The translations under genes were made by a program, and so were the position numbers. A DNA stretch of 64,000 bases, taken from assembly GCA_045633945.1 (NCBI GenBank), contig JAZQZH010000037.1, positions 4,171 to 68,170 on the forward strand, read 5' to 3'. Of the stretch, positions 20,818-30,148 are shown one piece after another. Under the pieces are notes generated by a model. The model saw only the letters and a program-made list of their open reading frames with translations, ran no database searches and was not told the DNA's origin. The DNA is from Alphaproteobacteria bacterium (GTDB lineage: Bacteria; Pseudomonadota; Alphaproteobacteria; RF32; CAG-239). How positions within the stretch are numbered: position 1 is the stretch's first letter; the number at the start of each line of letters is the position of its first letter.

Positions 20818-20886
20818 ATCTAAACTCCATAGTAGTTCCTTTTATATCAACCTATAAATCAAATTATTTTATTTTCAAGTAAATAC

Positions 20887-21462
20887 TTATATTTTTAATA
20901 GGTTTAATACAAACTCTTCTAAATATTTTTTTCTTAAGTTTTGATAATCCAAATAATAAGCATGTTCCCACACATCAATATTAAATATTGGCTTAGCCCC
21001 TAAAACCAATGGCGTATCTCCATTTTTGGTTGTTATCACTTCTAATTTACCTTGCTTATTTCTAACAAGCCAAACCCATCCGCTACCAAAAACCTTAACT
21101 CCATCCTCAACTAGTTTTTCTCTAAGCTTTTCAATACTTCCAAATATATCAATAATTTCTTGGCGCATTTTTTCATCAAATTTACCCCCAATTCCAACAG
21201 ATTGCCAATAAATATTATGGTTATAAACCTGTCCTGCATTATTATAAAGCACCACATTATCAGCATCGTTATATGTTGCTTCAATAATCTCTTCTAAACT
21301 CATATTTTGAAATTCTGTACCCACAATAAGCTCGTTTGTCTTATCAACATAAGCCTTATGATGTTTGCCATAATGAAACTCTACTGTTTTTTTAGAAATA
21401 AATGGCTCAAGTTCATTTTGTTTAAACTCTAAATTCATAAAATCTATCATTTTTTTCTCCAT
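20887..21462 (-). CDS. sodB: iron-type superoxide dismutase
   Basis: VEFHYGKHH, AGQVYNHNIYW (Fe-type Gln position), FGSGWVWLV, DVWEHAYYLDYQN. The start could be the ATG at 21450, which lies after GGAG. Confidence 0.93.
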   Translation of the reverse strand: MEKKMIDFMNLEFKQNELEPFISKKTVEFHYGKHHKAYVDKTNELIVGTEFQNMSLEEIIEATYNDADNVVLYNNAGQVYNHNIYWQSVGIGGKFDEKMRQEIIDIFGSIEKLREKLVEDGVKVFGSGWVWLVRNKQGKLEVITTKNGDTPLVLGAKPIFNIDVWEHAYYLDYQNLRKKYLEEFVLNLLKI

Positions 21463-21617
21463 ATTTTTGCACCAACACTTTTATCTTATTCATAAGGTAT
21501 TATTTTTACAATAGTTTTTTATTTTGTTAATAATTGTTAACAACCCAATATCTATGATTCACAAATAAAATTTATACATTATTATAACAATAACAATAAA
21601 TAAAATGGAGAGGAAAG

Positions 21618-22304
21618 ATGAGAGTTCTTTTAATTGAAGATGATTATGCCGTATCACAAAGCGTAGAAACTATCTTAAAAAAAGAAGGAATGGTTGTAGA
21701 TACAACAGACGATGGTGAAGACGGACTTGACTGTGGCAAACTTTATGATTACGACATCATTATCCTAGATTTAAATCTACCAGGTATGAATGGCTATGAA
21801 GTATTAAAAAGTTTAAGAAATGCCAAAGTAACAACACCTGTTCTTATCTTATCAGGTTTATATGAACCAGATAAAAAAGTTAAAGGTTTAGGCTATGGTG
21901 CTGATGACTATTTAACAAAACCATTTGACAAGAGCGAATTATTAGCTCGTATTCAAGCAATCGTTCGTCGCTCTAAAGGACATTCCAATTCTATAATTCA
22001 AACAGGCCTTGTAGAAGTAAATCTTGACACACAAACTGTTAGCGTTGCTGGTAAAGATTTACACCTAACAGGTAAAGAATATGGAATTATGGAATTATTA
22101 TCTTTGCGCAAAGGTTCCACCTTAAACAAAGAACAATTTTTAAACCACTTATATGGTGGTATAGATGAACCAGAATTAAAAATCATTGACGTATTTATTT
22201 GTAAACTACGCAAAAAGCTTGAAAAAGCATCTGGTGGAAAGAACTATATTGAAACTGTTTGGGGAAGAGGTTATATACTAAAAGACCCTGATGAAAAGAA
22301 ATAG
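21618..22304 (+). CDS. ctrA: cell-cycle response regulator CtrA (OmpR family)
   Basis: [73 protein letters not shown] closely follows the Caulobacter CtrA sequence as recalled from memory. Winged-helix C-terminus. Confidence 0.88.
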   Translation: MRVLLIEDDYAVSQSVETILKKEGMVVDTTDDGEDGLDCGKLYDYDIIILDLNLPGMNGYEVLKSLRNAKVTTPVLILSGLYEPDKKVKGLGYGADDYLTKPFDKSELLARIQAIVRRSKGHSNSIIQTGLVEVNLDTQTVSVAGKDLHLTGKEYGIMELLSLRKGSTLNKEQFLNHLYGGIDEPELKIIDVFICKLRKKLEKASGGKNYIETVWGRGYILKDPDEKK

Positions 22305-22319
22305 TTTCAATTAAAAAGA

Positions 22320-22365
22320 TTAAGAGGCGGTATCTCCCACACATTGCACCGCCTCTTAATTTTTG
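22320..22365 (+). terminator. intrinsic terminator after ctrA
   Basis: 12-bp stem TTAAGAGGCGGT/ACCGCCTCTTAA followed by TTTTT. Confidence 0.8.
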
Positions 22366-22420
22366 TATCTAACAAAAGATTTTTCATTTTGCAAGCTTTA
22401 AATTATAACCTATATTCCCA

Positions 22421-22669
22421 TCAACCAAAACACTGATTTTCTTTTTTCTGTTTTTCTTTTACCGGCAAAACTTCTACACTGTTATTTTTCAAACATCCTA
22501 TATTAAGTTTTTCGATTGTAATATCATCATCCTTACTCTCAAAACATGAACTAGTAAAGTTTCTTGCCATATTATTTGGAAAAACACACCCACATTTATC
22601 ATCTTCAGCACAATCACATTTATGCTCATAATCATATCTACATTTTTTTGTAAAAGGTGACTTTTTCAT
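22421..22669 (-). CDS. small Cys-rich hypothetical protein (82 aa)
   Basis: 8 Cys including KCDCAEDDKCGC. No signal peptide. Family not recognised. Confidence 0.55.
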   Translation of the reverse strand: MKKSPFTKKCRYDYEHKCDCAEDDKCGCVFPNNMARNFTSSCFESKDDDITIEKLNIGCLKNNSVEVLPVKEKQKKENQCFG

Positions 22670-22691
22670 TCTGATCCTCCATAAAAAAAAT

Positions 22692-22720
22692 AAAAAAAAG
22701 CTAGAATTTCTTCCAGCTTT
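22692..22720 (-). terminator. intrinsic terminator after greA
   Basis: Minus strand AAGCTGGAA/TTCTAGCTT (one mismatch) followed by a T8 run. Confidence 0.65.
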
Positions 22721-22746
22721 TTATATAGTCCGAAATCTTGATATTT

Positions 22747-23220
22747 TTATATATACGAAACTTCTAAAATTTCAAAAGTCTTTTTACCACCAGGGGCAAC
22801 ATACTCAACTTCATCACCAACTTCTTTACCAATCAAAGCTCTTGCTAAAGGAGAAGACAAAGAAATTTTATTTTCATTAATATCAGCTTCATAATCGCCC
22901 ACAATTTGATATGAATTTTCTTTATCTGTATCCACATCAACAACTGCAACAGTTGCACCAAAACGAATAACTCCGCCAGATATCTCTGATGGATCAATAA
23001 CTTGAGCACGACTAACAACAGCTTCCAACTCTTGAATTCTACCTTCAATAAAGCCCTGTTTTTCTTTTGCCGCAGAATATTCAGCATTTTCTGATAAATC
23101 GCCATGTGAACGAGCTTCAGCAATTGCCGCAATAACATTTGGACGTTCAATACCCTTAAGATCTTTTAGTTCTTGTTCTAAACGTAAAAAACCTTTTTTG
23201 GTTAAAGGAAATTTATCCAT
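22747..23220 (-). CDS. greA: transcription elongation factor GreA
   Basis: 157 aa. ..PLT..G...L..EL..L....RP.....I..A...GDLSENAEY.AAKE.Q pattern and C-terminal globular domain. Confidence 0.95.
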   Translation of the reverse strand: MDKFPLTKKGFLRLEQELKDLKGIERPNVIAAIAEARSHGDLSENAEYSAAKEKQGFIEGRIQELEAVVSRAQVIDPSEISGGVIRFGATVAVVDVDTDKENSYQIVGDYEADINENKISLSSPLARALIGKEVGDEVEYVAPGGKKTFEILEVSYI

Positions 23221-23244
23221 TTTTTTCTCCTAAAATAAAGTTAT

Positions 23245-23262
23245 CCGCAAAATAATTTGCGG
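23245..23262 (-). other. small hairpin just upstream of the greA SD
   Basis: CCGCAAA/TTTGCGG stem followed by A/T-rich sequence. Confidence 0.35.
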
Positions 23263-23282
23263 GTATTTGTTTTAAAAAAGCT

Positions 23283-23335
23283 AGAAAAAATTTGACTGCC
23301 CTCTTCAAAAAAACAGTGCAGTCAACAATCTTTTA
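23283..23335 (-). terminator. terminator-like hairpin inside the greA 5' leader
   Basis: Minus strand TTGACTGC-N18-GCAGTCAA followed by ATTTTTT. No upstream gene on this strand that it could terminate. Confidence 0.45.
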
Positions 23336-23502
23336 TCTCATACCATTGTAAATATATCAAATATTTTAAAAATCAAGTAATTTCTTTTATATTGTTAAAA
23401 AAGGCATTCTAAACAATGTTAATTACTAAAAAAAATACTATACACTCACTTAAAAAATAAATAAAATAAACACGTACTTACTTATTATTTAGGAGAAATT
23501 AA

Positions 23503-23961
23503 ATGAAAAAATCTCTAATATTTAGCGCCGTTCTAGGCGCAATCATGATGGCTTCTATTCCATCACACGCTATTGACTCAACAGGTGGTTGCGGTCTTGG
23601 TTCTATGGCATGGAAAGGTCATTCTGGCATCATCCCACAAGTTCTTGCTATGATTACTAACGGCAGTTTTTCAAACACGGTTGGCGTTACATTGGGCACA
23701 TCAGGTTGTGATCCTAACGGTAGAGTAACAGGCGGAACAGGTAAACTTGTTCTTGCGGTTATCGAAAACAATATGGAACAATTTGCTATGGATGCATCTC
23801 GTGGTCAAGGCGAAACTATCGAAACAATCGCTGGCATATTAGATGTAGATAGTAAAGAATTAGGCCAAAAAGCACAACAAAACTTTGCATATTTATTTAT
23901 AGATGAAAATGTTGAAGCTGTTGATTTAACATTAAAAATTATTGAATTGGCAAATGCATAA
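23503..23961 (+). CDS. DUF3015-family periplasmic protein
   Basis: Signal peptide, then GGCGLGSMAWKG..IPQVLAMITNGSFSN..LGTSGCD...SRGQGETIETIAGIL, which matches my memory of the DUF3015 pattern. Confidence 0.8.
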   Translation: MKKSLIFSAVLGAIMMASIPSHAIDSTGGCGLGSMAWKGHSGIIPQVLAMITNGSFSNTVGVTLGTSGCDPNGRVTGGTGKLVLAVIENNMEQFAMDASRGQGETIETIAGILDVDSKELGQKAQQNFAYLFIDENVEAVDLTLKIIELANA

Positions 23962-23971
23962 CCTTAAAAAA

Positions 23972-23995
23972 GGGTGTAAAGCTTGCTTTACACCC
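23972..23995 (+). other. hairpin between the DUF3015 and DUF4105 genes (no T-run)
   Basis: GGGTGTAAAGC/GCTTTACACCC. Possible attenuator or processing site. Confidence 0.4.
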
Positions 23996-24013
23996 AAATT
24001 GTAAGTTCTTATA

Positions 24014-25813
24014 ATGCTACGACTTATCTCAATAATAATATTTTTTAGCTTGTTTTCTTTCAGCGCCCACAGTTCTGCTCCTATTGAGTGGCAAAAATTA
24101 CTTCATTACGAAAAAAAAGGCTCCACATATACTTCATTAGTTGAAAATGACGAATACTTTTTAACTCCCAAAGGACGATATTCTCCCAAAGATGAATTTG
24201 ATGCCTCAATTACAACATTCAACCAAACAACCGATACTCAAAAATGCAATTTTCCAGCTCGTTTCATTTATCTAAAAAGAAAAGGATTAGTAACAGGCTC
24301 TCTTGATAACTGTAAAGAATATCAACAATTTTTACAAGACTTACAAGCCAAATCAGTAACTATGCTATTTACAAATGCATATATGTCTAATCCATCATCA
24401 CTCTTTGGGCACACTCTTTTTAGAATTGACACCAACAGAAAAGGAACACAGCTCCTATCACACGGAGCAAATTTTGGCGCCAATACGCAAAATGACACAG
24501 GCGTACTTTATGCTCTTAAAGGTATATACGGCAAATATTATGGTACTTTTACAATAAAACCATATTACGATGTAATTAATCTCTATAACAATATTGAAAA
24601 TCGTGATATATGGGAATACGAATTAAATCTAGACGATAAAGAACTAGAGCTATTCCTTGCTCTAATATGGGAACAAAAAAAGGCAAAAATCCGCTATTAT
24701 TTTTTCACAAAAAATTGTTCTTATATATTACTTTCTATATTAGAGGCTACTAAACCAGAGCTAGAACTAACCAATAATTTTCATATAAGTAGCGCACCAT
24801 TATCTACACTAAAATCTATAAACAACATCGATGGTCTAATAAAAAACACCAACTACCGTCCATCTCGTCAATCAAAACTCGCTTATCGCTATAATCAAAT
24901 GACAAACAAACAAAAAAAAGTATTCACAAATATCATAAAAAACAACACAATAAACTTACAAGACTTAAAGGATAATGAAAAATCTGATATCTTAGAAACC
25001 GCATATCAGTATATTCAATATCAATACATTAAAGGTGATCTAGAGCTAAAAACATATCGCAAAAAAAGTTTCACTCTTCTAAAAAATCGCAGCAAAATCA
25101 AAGATAATAACCTTTATTTTGAAGACCTAAAAATAGGAGAAAACCCTATTTTATCACATAAACAATACGGAGCGTCTCTCCTATTTGGCTCAAGAAATAG
25201 CAAAACATTCAATGAAATTTCTATAAAACCAGCATACACCGATTTACTAGAACAAAGTTACGGCATGCTAAATGGGGCAGAAATCAATCTGCTTGAAACA
25301 AAACTTCGCCACTATAATTACAATAACAAATTTTTGCTAAATGAATTAAATCTTCTATCCATAAAATCTTTATCTGGCGCAGATATAATGTTTCACCCCA
25401 TATCATACGATATAAAAATCCAAATAAAAGAACTTTTTAATCCTAAAACAAATAAAGATACCAGCTCATTTATATTAGAAACAGGAGCTGGACAAAGCTA
25501 CAAAATAACTAAAAACACTCTACTATACACCCTAAGTATACCTAATCTTGGATACAGTGGAGGTTTAAGCGAAAATGGATACATAGGATTCGCTCTTAAA
25601 GGTGGACTTTATTATAATAACAACGCTTTTCGCTTTCATACTTATGCAATGCAAAATTTCGCAACATCATACACATCAAAAGGTCAAACTTATTCCATAG
25701 AAGCTTCATATAGCCTCACAAACAATTTAAATCTATACGCTAAGCACAAATATTTTAACACCTCACATAACGATGATAAAGAAACATCTATTGGAATAAA
25801 ATTCAATTTTTAA
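24014..25813 (+). CDS. DUF4105 (Lnb N-terminal periplasmic domain-like) protein with a C-terminal beta-barrel-like region
   Basis: Signal peptide. WQKLLHYEKKG...CNFPARFIYL is typical of DUF4105. The C-terminal third has alternating amphipathic strands and ends ..IGIKFNF, an OMP-like terminal Phe. Confidence 0.8.
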   Translation: MLRLISIIIFFSLFSFSAHSSAPIEWQKLLHYEKKGSTYTSLVENDEYFLTPKGRYSPKDEFDASITTFNQTTDTQKCNFPARFIYLKRKGLVTGSLDNCKEYQQFLQDLQAKSVTMLFTNAYMSNPSSLFGHTLFRIDTNRKGTQLLSHGANFGANTQNDTGVLYALKGIYGKYYGTFTIKPYYDVINLYNNIENRDIWEYELNLDDKELELFLALIWEQKKAKIRYYFFTKNCSYILLSILEATKPELELTNNFHISSAPLSTLKSINNIDGLIKNTNYRPSRQSKLAYRYNQMTNKQKKVFTNIIKNNTINLQDLKDNEKSDILETAYQYIQYQYIKGDLELKTYRKKSFTLLKNRSKIKDNNLYFEDLKIGENPILSHKQYGASLLFGSRNSKTFNEISIKPAYTDLLEQSYGMLNGAEINLLETKLRHYNYNNKFLLNELNLLSIKSLSGADIMFHPISYDIKIQIKELFNPKTNKDTSSFILETGAGQSYKITKNTLLYTLSIPNLGYSGGLSENGYIGFALKGGLYYNNNAFRFHTYAMQNFATSYTSKGQTYSIEASYSLTNNLNLYAKHKYFNTSHNDDKETSIGIKFNF

Positions 25814-25821
25814 TATTAAAA

Positions 25822-26583
25822 TTATCGTTCCAATTCTGGTGCACTAAGAGTTCTTAAGCTAGATGTCATACTATGCTTTTCTTCCACAACAGGCTCTTTG
25901 CATTCTTTTGCTCTAGTAGAAAGACCAACATTAAACTTAGCATTTGCAACGGCATATTGCCCTGTAAGTTGTTGTTCATCTCCATCTTGTGACATCAATT
26001 CTTGAGCTAAATCACATCCAGAAACACGCATATCATCAAAACGCAATATTGGAGCATAAGCATCTACACCATTTTCATCAAAAAAGGCAACCTTTGCTTT
26101 ACCCTGACTATCTAAAATCATTTCCCAACCAAACGGTTTACCATTTAACATCGATGAATAATGTTTATTACCTTGTTCATCTTGCTTCACACTAAATCCT
26201 ACATTTGCGCTTGATAAATCAATTTCTTCTCCCTGATTATAAAACTTTACATCAACAATTTTACCTTTACTATCCATAACAATGCATGCACCATGTTTTC
26301 TACCTTCAATTGATGCCGATAAACACATTAAATCATTATTTTCATCAATTTCTCTATTTATCAAAATATTTTCATATTCATTTACAAAAGCAGTTCTTCT
26401 TGCTATATCGACTCCTTCAATATCCCTATATCTAGTTGTCATACCATAATCGTATAAATAACCAATTTCTGTAATATACGGTATTTCTTCTTTAACTCCA
26501 TCAACAGATTCGTCTTTTGTGCCCCCCACTTTATCTGCAGGCTCTTCAACAACCTCACTCAAACACCACAAAGGCTTTTCCAT
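25822..26583 (-). CDS. hypothetical protein (253 aa from the preferred start)
   Basis: The track ORF starts at 26598. The ATG at 26583 lies 7 nt after GGAGGA. No signal peptide. Two weak YwqK/MORN-like G..G...... units. Confidence 0.65.
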   Translation of the reverse strand: MEKPLWCLSEVVEEPADKVGGTKDESVDGVKEEIPYITEIGYLYDYGMTTRYRDIEGVDIARRTAFVNEYENILINREIDENNDLMCLSASIEGRKHGACIVMDSKGKIVDVKFYNQGEEIDLSSANVGFSVKQDEQGNKHYSSMLNGKPFGWEMILDSQGKAKVAFFDENGVDAYAPILRFDDMRVSGCDLAQELMSQDGDEQQLTGQYAVANAKFNVGLSTRAKECKEPVVEEKHSMTSSLRTLSAPELER

Positions 26584-26724
26584 AACACAATCCTCCATAT
26601 AATAATTAACAACACTTAATTATACCATATTTCATCCAATTAATCAACAAACAACCGCTTCAATAAAAAATAGATATACCATTGATTATAAAGAAAATCA
26701 CTTTATGTAATAAAAATTTAACAT

Positions 26725-26757
26725 AAAAAAAGAGCGACTATAATGTCGCTCTTTTTT
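26725..26757 (-). terminator. intrinsic terminator after groEL
   Basis: AGAGCGAC/GTCGCTCT stem flanked by A and T runs. Confidence 0.8.
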
Positions 26758-26775
26758 AAGCTATTAAGGTACTAA

Positions 26776-28422
<1,647 letters not shown>

Positions 28423-28442
28423 TTATTTTTCCTTTCCAAAAA

Positions 28443-28733
28443 TTATCTTTCTACAATAGCCAAAATATCGCCTTCTTTAACAATTAAATGAGGCTCGCCA
28501 TCAATTTTAATTTCAGTTCCAGTCCATTTACTAAACAAAACAACATCACCTACTTTAATATTCATAGGCAAAACTCTACCATCAGTGGTAACACGTCCTT
28601 CACCAACAGCAATAACTCTACCTTCACTTGGCTTCTCTTTTGCTGTATCTGGCAAAATAATTCCGCCAGCTGTTTTATTTTCTTCTTCTACTCTTTTAAT
28701 TAAAACGTTCTCTCTCAATGGTTTCACTTGCAT
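28443..28733 (-). CDS. groES: co-chaperonin GroES
   Basis: 96 aa. MQVKPL.....I......KTAGGIILPD pattern, 23 nt upstream of groEL. Confidence 0.97.
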   Translation of the reverse strand: MQVKPLRENVLIKRVEEENKTAGGIILPDTAKEKPSEGRVIAVGEGRVTTDGRVLPMNIKVGDVVLFSKWTGTEIKIDGEPHLIVKEGDILAIVER

Positions 28734-28823
28734 TTCAACGCTCCTACAAATAAGTTTAATTATAACTAATACTTTAGTTAGTGTTTAGTTTTAAAAAAAT
28801 CAAGCAATCTTGCTATTTTTTTT

Positions 28824-29834
28824 CTATTTTTTTATATTTTTCAATATATCAATAAATTTTTCAGCTGCTTTTACATTAGTAAATTTTTCTAATGTAATTT
28901 TTTGCGCCTTTTTTGCCATATCTTTTCTTTCATTTTCATGGCTCAAATAATACTCTAACTTTTGCTTAAAATCATCATAATCTTTGTACATAGCAATACT
29001 ATCACCGTATTCTTCTTCAATTTCTTTAACATAATCTGTTAAAACAAAACCACCGCTAGCACTAACATCATATATTCTATTAGAAACAAAACCAAAATAA
29101 AGCATATCTTCTCTATGATCATTTAAAACAATTTTTGCATTACTATAATATTGATACAATTCATCATTATCAATATAATTACCTTTTAAAACTTCTCTAG
29201 CTAAACTTTCATCCCAAAATTTACCATAAACGCTTAAATTTGCGCCAGACTTCAACGCATAATCAACGCTCTTTCGCCCTTTTCTGGTATGATCCGAACC
29301 AACAAACAACACTTCAGAACTTTTTTGCTTATCATATTGTGCTGTTTTAAATCTATCAGGGTTAGTAAATTGTGGAACATATCCCCCTTTATACCCTTTT
29401 TTAATCACAAACTCTTCTACAAATTTATTTGAAGCACTAACAACAACATCTGCTTCACTTAATATATTAGAATGTAACCCTTCAACATAATACAAATATA
29501 AAATGCTTTTACGCCTCTTAACATTATCAACTGGCAAATGTTCAAAATTATAATATCCTTTGAAATATATCACATTGCCAATATTACCAAGCTTCAAATC
29601 GTCATAATCTTCTCTAAACCTATATTCAACTCTATACCCAAGCTTTTCAAATCCTAGTTTTAAGTCATTAGCTAAAAAGAAATCTCCATCCTTTTTATAA
29701 AAATAAGGAGATGACACTCTATTAGATGAAGGTAAAACAAACACAATTTTTTTATAATCAAGCTTATTTGCAAAAAAGAACCAACTTCCTGCAACAACTA
29801 AAACAAAAAATACTACCAATAAACCTTTTTTCAT
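28824..29834 (-). CDS. membrane-anchored glycosyltransferase-like protein (CgeB / GT1-like C-terminal domain)
   Basis: The track ORF begins at a GTG (29891). The ATG at 29834 gives MKKGLLVVFFVLVVAG.., a signal anchor. The C-terminal half resembles the Glyco_trans_1_2/CgeB type (..NRIYDVSASGGFVLTD...). Confidence 0.7.
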   Translation of the reverse strand: MKKGLLVVFFVLVVAGSWFFFANKLDYKKIVFVLPSSNRVSSPYFYKKDGDFFLANDLKLGFEKLGYRVEYRFREDYDDLKLGNIGNVIYFKGYYNFEHLPVDNVKRRKSILYLYYVEGLHSNILSEADVVVSASNKFVEEFVIKKGYKGGYVPQFTNPDRFKTAQYDKQKSSEVLFVGSDHTRKGRKSVDYALKSGANLSVYGKFWDESLAREVLKGNYIDNDELYQYYSNAKIVLNDHREDMLYFGFVSNRIYDVSASGGFVLTDYVKEIEEEYGDSIAMYKDYDDFKQKLEYYLSHENERKDMAKKAQKITLEKFTNVKAAEKFIDILKNIKK

Positions 29835-29905
29835 ACCCCAAACCCTACTTCTAAAACCTAAAAACTGCAACCTTAAAAAACATTTCCCCACATTTTTAAA
29901 GTTGA

Positions 29906-30148
29906 CTCACCTCCCATTTTATGGCACCATCTGCACATATTAAAAATAATAAAGCCTTAGGCTATCTAATGAAAAATAAAACCGTAATAAGCATAGCCCA
30001 CCGCCTATCCACTCTAAAAAACATGGATAAAATAATTGTTTTAGACAATGGTAAAATTATAAAACAAGGGACACAAAAAGAACTTATAAAAAATAAAGAC
30101 GGTACTTTCTACCGCCTTTATAAACTTCAAACTGAAGGCTATCTATAA
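29906..30148 (+). pseudogene. C-terminal remnant of an ABC exporter ATPase (MsbA-like)
   Basis: ..NKTVISIAHRLSTLKNMDKIIVLDNGKIIKQGTQKELI..GTFYRLYKLQ is the H-loop to C-terminus of an ABC ATPase. Walker A, Q-loop, signature and all TM domains are absent. The reading frame opens only at 29906. Confidence 0.75.

Noticed and set aside
21527-21541. CtrA-box-like TTAA-N6-TTAAC upstream of ctrA
   Set aside because: The canonical CtrA box is TTAA-N7-TTAAC. The spacing here is 6, and TTAA is frequent in AT-rich DNA.
28763-28780. Inverted repeat TAACTAA-N4-TTAGTTA upstream of groES, considered as CIRCE
   Set aside because: It does not match TTAGCACTC-N9-GAGTGCTAA in sequence or spacing. No CIRCE was found.
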